From Callorhinchus milii (taxonomy: Eukaryota), in contig NW_024704743.1 in NCBI RefSeq assembly GCF_018977255.1, forward strand, positions 107,758,001-107,822,000: a DNA stretch of 64,000 nucleotides, given 5' to 3'. Position 1 is the stretch's first letter; each line of letters opens with the position of its first letter. Under the pieces are notes generated by a model. That model searched no databases and was not told the DNA's origin. It saw nothing but the letters and a program-made list of their open reading frames with translations. Of the stretch, positions 38,549-50,419 are shown one piece after another. The position numbers and the translations under genes were made by a program.

Positions 38549-39800
38549 ACAATCAAAGTTGCACTCGTATTTATTTTTGTCACCTTGAATGGGCTCGTTC
38601 CTCTGTACAAGTTAAGTCAAAGTTGGCCCTCAAAGCTCATTGTCCATTAGCCTTTCCTGCCCTATAAGCGTTCAACTTTCTGATGATTTGGCTCATGTTA
38701 TTCCCTGCCGATTGTTCCAAACATGTACGGTAGTACTCCATGGGGATAATACTCCTTAAATGAGCAAGTTCAATACACTCAAATGATACACTTTTATAAT
38801 ATGAACCCCATGAGCTGCACACATCATCAAAAGTCAAAGTGTTACAAACCTACCACCAAAGGACCCCACCACTTCCCTCTCCCAACCCTTAGCTATCTCC
38901 TCCACTGCCCTCGCCAAAACAATCCTTTTCATTTTTTCCCTCAAGGGAAATCTGTGTCTCCCCATCTTACATTTCTGGTGGTTTAAAATGCAATAACATT
39001 TACCTGTCTGAACCGTTTAATTCATAGACAGTTCAGTGGAGCTCTGCTCCTCAATGAGGGCACTCTCTAGCCTGCAATGTCCTAACCTGTTCAGCACAAT
39101 GTCCAGCATGATGCTATCAATGCAGCTTTGATTTGCACATCTAAATAGTCAAAATAATTCCAGTGGTCTAACTGAATTCTAGGAATGTTAAGGGAGGTGT
39201 CCCTGCTGGTAGTTGAGGTACTACAGTGTATGGAAGTTACCCGCAGAAGAAAAGCAAGCCAAACTTGTTTAGATCCAACCAAAATTATACTTGATCCGGG
39301 TTTGGATTTAATGCTGGTGAAGTGTTTACAATTGTTATTCACACACCCTTCAGGATAGAGTGCTCTAGGTGAGATTCCAGTGAAGAGTTTTGAAAACAAC
39401 CACATCAGTGCCAGCACAGCCTTGATGGATATGCAGGATATCCAGGTTGCAGATACTGAGACCACAGCCTAAATATAACCCCCTTCTGAAGAGCACAAAT
39501 TCTAAATTCTTTGCAGCACAGCTGTATGTCATAGAATGATAGAAATTGCAGCATGGAAGGATGCCATTTGGGCCAACCATAGTTCTACCTTTTGCCCACA
39601 AAACCCACAGTAACTGCGCATTACAGTATATCCTGTGAAGCACTTTGGGACCCAACACGAAAGGCGCTATTCCAAATCTAAGGATTATTATTGTTATCAT
39701 CACAGTAAACTTTTGCTTTGCAGGAAGCCTTTGTTGCCCACAAGTGCAAGATGAGAACACATCACAAAAAGCTTTGAAAAAAAGAAATTGAACTGGCAGA

Positions 39801-40442
39801 TTTTTTTGTCAGCCACATATCTTTTTGTATCTGATCCATGCAGAAACCCATTACCCTGCTTACGAGTATCCAAACCAAACTGAGAGTTCTATGCATCCCA
39901 CCAACGCATGGAAATTCTAGAGATGTTTATTGGAATGGAATGCGCACTCTTTCTCAGGAGAGACGCATCCTGTTCACCTAATCCCGGAAAGTATTAAGCG
40001 CAGGTTGACAAGAGCCAAGACTGGGGACCCCAGAGTTGTATTGGGGTACTGCTGATATCTAACAAGCTAAAACACCTTGGGACATCCTCTCGACATGAAA
40101 GGTGCTATATAAATTTGTTGTTGCTGTTGTAAAACCGCATAGCTTGCCTTTGAAAGCGCTCCCTGTCAAATGTTCCTGCTGTTTGTCCAGCTAGAACCAC
40201 CCTACCCATTAGGGCTTTGGTTTACAAGGTTAACAGGAGTTGAGGGGGAAGAGTCCCTGCCCCCAGTGACTGGACTGCCCTTCCTAGTCTTGTCGATGAG
40301 TCATCAGCAGTGCTCTGACCTAGAAATCGGGCTAGAAATCGGACTACTGAGACCATCACTCAGGGCTCTCGATTCTGACTTTGCGGTACCAAACATGTCA
40401 TCTTGGGAGCTAGTTCATCTCCAAGGAGATCCCGCTTACCTG
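39801..40442 (-). repeat. Unidentified poly(A)-tailed repeat (copy B), with a nested L2 tail at 40074-40129
   Basis: Inverted homolog of copy A, T7 at 39801. The nested insert is flanked by TAAAAC at 40068-40073 and 40130-40135 and is absent from copy A. Confidence 0.85.
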
Positions 40443-42679
40443 CCTACCAAGGAGGATAGTCACTAGTTGGTCATTTGACATCCGACAAGCACGGGTTTGA
40501 GCCCCCACTAGGTGGATGGTAGGTACCAGGAACTTCTGTGAGCTTCCTGGTGGGCATCACAGCTCAGCATGAAATGCATGAGAGTATTGCCATCATCTTC
40601 CTGGCATATTGAAATAGTTAATTCGTGGATGACGGTACAAGTTTACATTTTGTTTGTAAGAAAATTGCACGCTTTCCTGCTTACTGGTTGACACTGATAG
40701 CATAACATGTATTCCGAGTTTTAGTGAATATATTTAAGTGAATGTATACTGTTACCTTACAGTTTATTGGGTTGTGTCAGTTTGGCTCCATTGGTAGCAA
40801 GCCCTTCTCTGAGTCAGAAGGCTGTAGATTTGAACAATGCACACGGCACACGCAGTCCCTAATCTAGCCTGACATTTAAATGCAGCAGTAAAACAACAAC
40901 TCGCATTTATACAACACCTTTCATGTAAGATGAACATCTTAGGCCTCATAAAGATAATGTAAATCCTAGAGAATGGAAGAAAAGTGAGGAGAATTTAAGA
41001 GTTTTGACTAAAGGTATGGTCAAAGAGATATATACTGTATTTTAAAAGGCTTTTGAAGGCAGGGGAAAAGGATCAAGGTGAAGGGATTTCGGAAGAGTTC
41101 CAAAGAACATGTACATAATAGCTGAAAATAGCATAAGAGTGAGAAAGTAAGGAGCAGTAAAAAAAAGTACATAATAATATAATAATAATAATCCTTGCAT
41201 TTGATATAGCACCTTATCAAGTCACGTATTGAATGACCAAATTATTATTTTCTTTGAAGAGATTATTACTCTCAGGAAACAATCCGCCAATCAACTAACA
41301 ATAGGGTTTCTACTTACTGCTCGGTAAACAGAGGTGAACTGCAGGATTGAAAGACAACCAGAAGAAGGTAGACACAGAAATCAACGACAACAACTTCAAT
41401 TTATATAGCACCCTGCATACCACGCTGGGTAGTGTCCCTGAGTGCTTCCCGATCAAACAGATAGAGTTGAAAGCAAGGTTTAAGAAACTGAAGCTTGAAC
41501 AGGAGCAGCTGAGCTGGAAAGCTGGAGCTGAGCAATGGGCAGGAAAGTTTGAAAGTGGAATTGAAGGCTGACCAGGAACACGAAGAGAGCCCTGGAGAGT
41601 GGAATGCCTGTAAAGCATCTGGAGAACAAGGTGTGTGAGAAGAAATCCAGTCCACTCCAAATGACTTATAAGAGAGAACAAGCAGCTTTGATATCTTGAA
41701 GAGCAAGTGGAGGAGAAGCTAAAAAGGAAGACAAGCTTTATAGTCTAACATTGTTTATTCTGATCCAGATGAAAACAAGGCAAAATCTTGTAGCAATTCT
41801 TTACATCATTCGCCACTTAATGCATATGGACATAGTTATCAACCACTCTCTACTACAGAAACTACTGGAATTGGATTAGAAAGTGTTGAATGACTGAGAC
41901 GTTGAGCGTACCCAGATGTTCTCAGTTCCATAACAGGATCTTTGAGTGTGTAATCAGTTCATTCACCTCTCACCTGATATGACTTATGTTTAAACAATAC
42001 CGTCCCAGAGAGTGTGGGAAGTCCTAAACTAAAGTCCAGAACTGGAATCAGTTGATTTGTCTGATCTGATCAAGATGTCAAGATGATAATCCTGGGTCAG
42101 GAGAGGTGGGGGTGGGGGGGGGCTACACCTTGTGCTTTTTTGTAACTTTTTTGTCACTATCTAACATTTGTTTAGTTTCTCAGCCCCAGTAATGTACTGT
42201 ACAAGGAAGCTGGAGAGGTAATTACTGCACTTTTTTGAGGGGGAGAAAATGGATACGATAGTGATAGGCAGTCAGAGTTGTTACCGAGAGATCCCGGGAA
42301 AATCATTAAACTAAACAGTTATGTGCCAGAATGCGCTCGGTGAAACATGTGGTACTGTATTCTGACTGAGGAATGGCTAAAAGAGAAACTGGGAATATTG
42401 AAGCCATTACTAAAGTGGAAAGAATATTGATAAAGACTATGTGCAGATATTTCAGGCCACGGTTAACTACTGTGGTAATTTCTCCACATCTGACACAAGC
42501 CAGTGCACTACTCGGAAATGTGCCTCTTTGATGTTGGGGTTGTGGGTTCACTGTCAGTGAGGCTCATGCAGTGTCTCTGACATCTCAGTATCACTCTTAG
42601 CCTGGTCGAGGCCTTATATTAATAATCTCAGAGATTTCCTGTTTTTTATTCCGTGCATGTGCAGAATGCGTGACATCTT

Positions 42680-42974
42680 CCATGTAGCTCAGTAGTTAGA
42701 ACACTCGCCTCACAAGCCAGAGGACCTGGTTTCGATTCCCGGCAGGGTGAAACATTGGGTAAAAATTCCTTTCAAAAATGATAGAATAATACTTTGGTCA
42801 CTCAATCCATGATTGTTTGTGGGACACTGCTGTGCGCAATTGGCTACCATGTTTCGGCCACAAAATAATCAGTCAATTAACTTTACAGTATATTCTGTGA
42901 AACGCTTTGAGATGTCTCAAAGACGTGATAAGGTACTATATCAAATGCACAGATTATTATTATTATATTATTAT
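42680..42974 (+). mobile_element. tRNA-derived SINE, short-middle variant
   Basis: tgtagctcagtagttagaacactcgcc...ttcgattcccggcaggg head and the standard tail. Confidence 0.88.
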
Positions 42975-43304
42975 GTAGCAACATTATCCGCGATTGCATC
43001 ACATGTTCCCATGGATACAAGGAAACTTTGAGATGTTTTTCCAATCCTTTTCTACATAATGGCAGGAGAAGCTAGAAGCTGTGCCTGAACAGCAGACAAC
43101 TTTGCACCCAACCTTTTCCCCAGTTCTGCTGCCAGTTTTTAAGTAGCAGCAATCGGGAGAAAAAGTATCCCAACATTTCCAAAACTGCTGCCGACTCCCT
43201 GCTTAGCTTCCAGAGGTGTGGTGGGGCAGTGGTGGTGAAAGGGACATAGCCACTGTTCAGCCATGAGCCCCTTAAGGAAGAACATTCATTTTCATTATGG
43301 GTTG

Positions 43305-44513
43305 CTCTCTACAGACATGGGGTCAACTTTCACATGTACGTGGATGACACCCAACTCTATTTCTCTACAGACTATCTGTCAGACATTAAGTCCTGGATGA
43401 GATCCAACTTTCTACAGTTGAATGTTAGCAAGACCGAGGGCCCCCGATTGGCTCACGCAAGCGCCTCTGCAATTCACTGGCAGCATTAGCATCCACGGTT
43501 GCACACTCCACCTCACCAAGCCAGTCAGGAACCTGGGAGTCTTGTTCAACCCTCAACTGTCCTTTCTCCTCCATATCTGTGCCATGACCCGCTATACCTA
43601 CCCCCACCTCCGCAACATTGTCCGACTTCCGACTCTGCCTCTGCCTCTGCCATTACCTCACCCCTCAGGCCGCCGAAACCCTCATATTTCCCATTTGTCA
43701 CCTCAAAGCTTGACAAGAGAAATTCCCTCCTTGTCGGCTTTCCAAACTCTTCCCTCCACAAGCTGCAGATCATCTAGAACTCTGCAGCTTGTGTCCTCTC
43801 CTGCACCAGACTCTGTGACTCCATCATCCCCACCCTCGCTCGGCTCCACTGGCTCCCCATCCCTCAGAGGATAGAATTCAAAATCCTTGTCCTCACCTTC
43901 AAGGCCCTCCGTAGCCTTGCCCCTCCTACCTCTCTGAGCTGCTGACCCCTTAACAATCTGTCCTCTCCCTTCATTCAGCAGACTCCGTCCTGCTCCGTGT
44001 CTCCCACCCGCCCTACCATAAGCAGCCGGACTTTCAGCTTCTCTGCCCCAACCCTTTTATGGAATTTATGGAATTCTCCACTCCAGAAGGCTGTAGATGC
44101 TCAGTCCTTGAACATATTCAAGACTGAGATTGATAGATTTCTAAAGGATAGAGGGATTAAGGGATATGGGGGCAGATGGAATTCGGTTAGAAGATCAGCC
44201 ATGATCTTATTGAATGGCAGGGCAGGCTCAAGGGGCTGAATGGCCTACTCCTGCTCCTAATTACTATGTTCCTAAGTGTTCCTTTGGAACTCCATCCCAC
44301 AGCTCCTTCACCTTGCTCCCTCGTTTGCCTCTTTCAAGGCACGACTCAAGACCCTCCTTTTCGACTGTGCCTTCAGCTGCCTCCTAATTCTCTGCCTTCC
44401 CTCATCCCAGCCCTGCCTCCCCACCCTCGGGTCCTGATCCCTGACAGTTCAGTACCTTGGGAGGCCCTATCGACGTGAAAGGCGCTTTACAAATGTAATT
44501 TTGTTCTTGTTGT
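43305..44513 (+). mobile_element. 5'-truncated L2 LINE (RT C-terminus to 3' tail), interrupted by CR1
   Basis: HMYVDDTQLY at 43331-43360, VRNLGVLF, LHKLQ, LHWLP, tail gacgtgaaaggcgct...(TTG)n, with frameshifts. Confidence 0.92.
44058..44280 (+). mobile_element. CR1 3' end nested in L2
   Basis: LWNS..QKAVDAQSLNIFKTEIDRFL plus CR1 3' UTR; candidate TSD CCTTT (44053-44057 and 44281-44285). Confidence 0.88.
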
Positions 44514-44695
44514 TCTGAAGCAGCAGCAACAACTTGCATTCATATAGCACTCTTTACAGAGCGCTCCACAATATTGGGATTGGATACTAAGTAAGGGAGA
44601 AGGAGGAGGTAACCAGAAGTGTAGTCGAATAGGTAGGTTTTAAGGTGGGATTTAAAGATATGCACATAGGGGGTGAGGCAGGGAGTTCAAGAGAT

Positions 44696-45027
44696 TAATA
44701 ATAATAATAATAATAATAATCCTTGCATTTGATATAGCGCTTTTCACGTCAGGAGGACGTCCCAAAGCGCTTCACAGAACACACTGTAAAGTGAATTGAC
44801 TGTATATTTGTGGGCGAACGCGGCAGCCAATTGCGCACAGCAATGTCCCACAAACAGTCGTAGATTGAAAATGACCAATTTAATTATTGTTTTTGGTTTT
44901 TTGGAAGGATTATTATTAGGCTCTGTGTGGAGTAAGGAAACTTGCCCAAGGTTTCGCCCTGCCTGGAATTGAACTCAGGTCTCTCGCTTGCAAAGCGAGT
45001 GCTCTAACCACTGAGCTACAGGACTCC
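44696..45027 (-). mobile_element. Full-length young tRNA-derived SINE
   Basis: Intact head, CpG-rich body, long (AAT)n tail; inserted in an older minus-strand L2 end. Confidence 0.93.
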
Positions 45028-45706
45028 AGGATTAGGAGGTTAGGGACTAAAGGCTCGACCACCAATGTTGGTATGGCAATGCTCTCACTAACAGACAGGT
45101 AGTGTTAAAGTGGTATTAGAGAAAAAAAATAGAGTGGCTTTAGGCAGTAAGCCAAGAAACAAACTGAAGGAGTCTTTGACGCAGCATTTTAGGATCTGCG
45201 CTGAAGTACTAAATGTCGGTGCTGTTCTTCTAGTTTAGGGTCAGTGCTGTTTCAAAATGACTATTTCAGTGGCATATGCCTCCAAGCTCTTACAAATGCC
45301 CCAAATAATTACGTGCAGATTGAAGTATAAATGTTGGCTATTGTCGTCCCTGCGAGAAATTTCATGAATATATTCATGAACAGAAGCAGACAGAGCTTGA
45401 AACTACCTACAAGCAGTTAGAAATCATCTCAGCGAAACAGCTTGACAAGCTCCTTTGAGGTTAATGAAGAGACTGCAAAACTGCTCACTGGAAATGGAAA
45501 ACAGAACTGGGGAAAGAAGCCAGTAAGGACCTCTAGGACATGGAAGAGGATGAATTGTAGCAACCGTGATGTAGATAATATTTGTAATGTAGCTAAATCT
45601 AAACTGTTAGAGTCGGAATAACATTTTAACAATTCCATTTTGCAGCAGTTGAGATCCAGTATCTTCAAGATCCAGTGGATGTAATTCAACCCAAGTCTAG
45701 ACTTGG

Positions 45707-46255
45707 GTGTCAGCCTGGCTCAGTTGGCAGCACTCTTGCCTCTGAGTCAAAAGGTTGTGGGTTCAAAACCTCACATTGAGAAATTTTTAACTTGCTGTCC
45801 AAACTGATATCCCAATAAGCATTGCCTATGAAACACATAGTCACTAAACCTTACAGTATATCCTATGAAGCAATTTGAGATGTCCTTCTGACGTGAAAGG
45901 CAGTATATCAATAATTAAGATTATTATTATTTATAACACAGAGCTGGAAGGGTACTCCATTCTTAGAGCTACTGTCCTTCAGATGAGACATTAAAATGAG
46001 TTTCTATCAGCCAGTTCAGGTGAACATTAAAGATCCCATGGCACTATTTGAAAAGAGAAGGAGTTTCTCCTAATGTCCTGGCCACCAATCTCACAAATAA
46101 AATTAAACATTCACTTCATGGCTTTTTTTGGGACATTGGTGTGCGCAAATTGGCTGCTGTGTTCACTTTCAAAATAAGCAATCTACTTTACAGTGAATCC
46201 TGTGAAGAACGTTGAGACATCTTGCTAATGTGAAACCCCCTGTATCAGATGTAAC
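45707..46255 (+). mobile_element. Full-length DeuSINE-like element with a nested SINE-tail fragment (~45820-45932)
   Basis: Head, core cttcagatgagacattaaa...attaaagatcccatggcactatttgaaaagagaagg, tail. Confidence 0.85.
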
Positions 46256-47550
46256 GAGTCGGTGTGACAGCCCTGAATTTCCTTGGAGGAGATACGAGTC
46301 CTGAGGCACTTTTGTTCAGTGAGAGGCATCAATTATGCTGCTCTTGTCCCGATGAGCAATAGTTAGTCTCCACTATTAGGGTACAAGCTGTACAAGTACA
46401 GTGACTCATGGCTGCCCTTGAATTATATAGTGCCTACTCCAAGTGAGTAGTGATACAGAAGGAACAGGTATTAACTTAATAGGCAACAACAACAATTTTA
46501 CATTTATACACCGCCAAGAAGGGGAAGAGATGCCCAAAAGTGCAGTCGAAAGAGAGCTTAGCTTAGACCTAAGCTGGAGATGGATATATTTGCCACTAAG
46601 AGCTTAGCTGACTTTGCAGTAATGAACTGTGACCTTCGTCGAGAGGCTGTAGAAACACCCTGCAGAGTGGAGAAAATCCAGGAAGAACAACTTTAAACAA
46701 ACAAAACACTTGATCGAGTCATGTATTGATGGTCCTCGAGAATGTGGATCTGCAGATAGAAGTCACCTCAACCAGGAAGCTGCAGAGTGATTATTAAACC
46801 TGCTAGATATAAAAAACTTACCCATTCTGTATAGCATGTTATCATGTTGAACTATATCAAAGTGCTTCAAAAGTAATTACAGTTAAGTCATTTTGGGTAA
46901 CAAGACAACAAAAACTTAGATGACAGATAAACACAGAGGATTTTCTCATTTGTCAGAAATATGTGGACAAGTAAGAGTAAGCAAAGAGTTAACTTAGTTG
47001 TTGCTGGTTTAAAATTACCTATTATGTGTTTTGCTTAGAATGCTGGCGAATCTGAACACATTGATCTTTGAACATGGGGGTGGGGGGGCATGTAACATAA
47101 GGAATGAGGAATGAATGGGGTCTATCATGCTCACTTTGGGTGAGCCAAGGACAACATGTGCTTTCAATCCAGAGGTGTCTGAATAAACAAGCGATGTGCA
47201 GCACAATGGGGAGTCCCCTCATTATTGCACATGGTGCGGCAGATCTCTAAGAGGAAGGTTTGTTTTGAGAAAAGAATAGTTAATTCTAAGAGTGGCACCA
47301 TGTGTTTATGTTGGGATGTGATCTCTCTATGGAGCGTCCGTCAGCCTTCCTAAACATTACAGTTCACTCATACCTGGTGCACAATAAGGCCCAGCATTTC
47401 CCCTCCCCTTTCCCAATCAAACAAAGAATTGCCACAGTCCACCAATGAGCAGTGATGCCCTAATGTACAGAACCTTATTAAACTCACCACGTCTGCACTA
47501 TGTAATTTGAACCCAGTGCATACTCTGTATTACATCAATTAGATATCAAC

Positions 47551-47770
47551 GTGGCTCAGTTGGTAGCACTCTCGCCTGTGAGTCACAAGGTCATGGGCTC
47601 TAGCCCCACAATCAGAACTTTGAACTCACCAGGCTAAGCTGAGCCTCCTATCAGTTGTTAAGAGAGTGCTGAATTGTCAGAGGTGCCATCCTTAGGATGA
47701 GACATTAAATCAAAGACCTATCTGTCCGTTCAGATGGATGTTAAAGATTCCACGGCACTATTCCAAAAAA
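47551..47770 (+). mobile_element. DeuSINE-like 5' half
   Basis: gtggctcagttggtagcactctcgcc head and gaggtgccatccttaggatgagacattaaa core. Confidence 0.8.
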
Positions 47771-47871
47771 GTGGGGTGGGGGAGGGGGAAGAAAGCTGAC
47801 CGAAATGCAGTCAAAGAGGAAAGCCTTTAGATGGGCTTTAAAAGTGAAGAGGGAGATCGGGCAAGTCAGAG

Positions 47872-48540
47872 AACAACAACAACAACAACAAGATTCCATT
47901 TATAAAGCGCCTTTCACGTCAGGAGGACGTCCCAAGGCGCTGCACAGTTGGGTCAGGACCCGAACAGGGGGGAAATGGTCAGGGTGAGGGGAGGGAAGGG
48001 AGGGGAGCGAGGAGGGGGTAAATGGTCAGGGTGAGGGGAGGGAAGGGAGGGAGCGAGGAGGGGGAAGAGAGTCGTGAGGGGAGCTGAAGGCTCGGTCAAA
48101 GAGAAAAGTTTTGAGACCGGCCTTGAAGGAGGAGAGGGAGGAGGCGGCGAAGGCACTGGGGGCTGAGAGGCTGAAGGCCCGACCACCGATGGTAGGGCGA
48201 TTGGGGCGGGGGATGTGGAGCAGACCAGAGCCGGAGGAACGGAGGGTACGGGCAGGTAAGTAGGGGGATAGTAGGTCAGAGAGGTAGGAGGGAGCAAGGC
48301 CGTGAATGGCCTTATAGGTGAGGATGAGGATCTTGAAATCAATCCTCTGGGGGATGGGGAGCCAGTGGAGGCGAGCGAGGGTGGGAGTGATGTGGTCACT
48401 GGTGCGGGACAGTACACGAGCTGCAGAGTTCTGAATGACCTGCAGCTTGTGGAGGGAGGTGGCGGGAAGGCCGGCGAAGAGAGAGTTCCCATAGTCCAGC
48501 CTTGAGGTGACAAAGGCGTGGACCAGGGTTTCAGCAGCAG
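47872..48540 (-). mobile_element. Young 5'-truncated L2 LINE
   Basis: Minus strand reads AAETLVHAFVTSRLDYGNS...LHKLQVIQNSAAR...LHWLP. C-rich 3' UTR with a 47-bp duplication, stem-loop and (TTG)n tail. Confidence 0.93.
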
Positions 48541-49789
48541 AAATATTTGATAGACAGTATTTTCAAATCGTAAAACAAATTCGACAAAAAGGAAGCGATC
48601 ATGATGTTTGAGCAATGTTATTATATTCACAGGAAAGAATGTTATTATATTCACAGCAGAAAAACCTGCTGCAAGTCTGGTGTTGGTTTATACTGCGTGT
48701 TTTGGAAGGGAATTGCTTGATTTGTGAGGCGATTTGCCACCAAATGTGCAGCACAGATAGGGGTTCAGGCATACAAATAACACTGGAGCTTGGCGACTGT
48801 CATCTCCTGGCAGAGGTGGTTTCAGAGATAGTGAGAATTCATTGGTATCATATAAAGACAGTGGGTGTGATTGCATTGGGCTCACTGCCCCAACTCCGTT
48901 CACTGCACATAGATCACTGAATAATTTGAGACTTTCTAATGCAACTGTCTCTTTATTAACAATTAAAAACACCCAGTGTTGGCATTTGCACCAGCACACC
49001 TTGGCAAATGGGCAGCATGCCATAATCAACTTTCAGTCCCCTGTGGCTCCATAAAGGGCCCTATGGAAAAGCAAGTTGTTGTTTGTTTTTAGCATGACGA
49101 TTCGCAGCAAAGTAGTTCAGAAAGCTAGTGGTAACAAGGCTTCTTGTTACATGTCAATTTACTATGCTTCTCTCCCAACAAAATAACCATACAGGGTAAA
49201 AGATACCTGTAAATATTAGTAATTTTGTTTGTATTAACTCATGTCAAATGCGCTAGTTCACGCCCTTGTATTCCTTTCATTTTTATTTTCTGCATCCGCC
49301 TTCTTCAAGAGCTTTTGCCTAATTTGTGGGTTGATGTCCAAGGTCATATCACAGCTTGTAGGAACTGAGCACAGGCCACTCCCTACATTGCAGGCTTGTG
49401 CCCTGTGCCTGCAGGGGAAGCTCACTAACCTCCTCCATTTCCTTCCATTTCACAATTATGTTTAACATTGAATACATTTTTCTCTTGATTTTGAGGTTTG
49501 CTATAATTTGAAATATCAAACAACCTAGGTCAGTTGTTTACACCCTTTTCATTTCATTTTAAACTTCTCCATCTGAACTGCATTGCTAATCATTTCTTTG
49601 ATGTAAAATTATATTTTCTCCAAGGACTGTCTATTTCCTGAGGGTGTAAGTGGCATTGAGTCAATGAGGTGATTCAGGTCAATGGATAAAACACAGAAAC
49701 TGCTGCAGCTATGAACTTGCACTGTTTGATTAATAGCTTCTAGTTATTCTCACTGTACAAGCTGCATCAGGCAGCTTGTAAACCCATCA

Positions 49790-50248
49790 CCCCATTCTCA
49801 CTTGACTCTACTTGCTCCCCACCTCCAACAGATCGAATTCAAGACCCTCATTCTCACTTCAAATCACTCCATGGCCTTGCCCCACCTTATCTCTGAGATC
49901 TCCTGAAACCCTACTGCCCTGACCGTTTCCTCACTTAGCAAACACCAGCCTCCTTCATGTCCCCCTCTTGTTCCGCCCACATCATCGGTGAGCGGATCTT
50001 CAGACATTCTGCCCCTGATCTCTTGAACTCCATCACAATCAATCTTGCTCCACTCCCTATCTCCCTCCCACCTATAAATCCGGTTTTAAAATATACCTTT
50101 TAGACCATGCTTTTTCCCACACCCACAAGCCTCCTCAGCTCTTCCATTTCCCCTCCCCCATCCTCCCCCAGCTTAGCCTCCCAGTTTGCCCTGTGAAGCG
50201 CTTTGAGACTTCCTCCCGATAATGAAATGTAAATTATTGTTGTTGCAA
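49790..50248 (+). mobile_element. Older L2 3' fragment
   Basis: cagatcgaattcaagaccctc...tccatggccttgccccaccttatctctctgag, followed by the tail. Confidence 0.8.
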
Positions 50249-50419
50249 CTAAGCTTCCACCAGTAACACTAAGTATTGAGAAAATATCATGAGCCATAAA
50301 ATAACAAATGCACTGTAATGCTATACATTTGGATGTGTGAAAAGAAATTTACAAATAAAGACATGCATTAAAAATTCAGGAACATGCAAAACACAGTGTG
50401 ACAGAATCAAGCTCATGCC

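Noticed and set aside
41310..41706. Overlapping ORFs with a coiled-coil-like peptide
   Set aside because: They overlap SINE and L2 remnants, with no splice-consistent exon or recognisable family.
47953..48654. 233-aa Pro/Ser-rich ORF
   Set aside because: Alternative frame of a C-rich L2 fragment.
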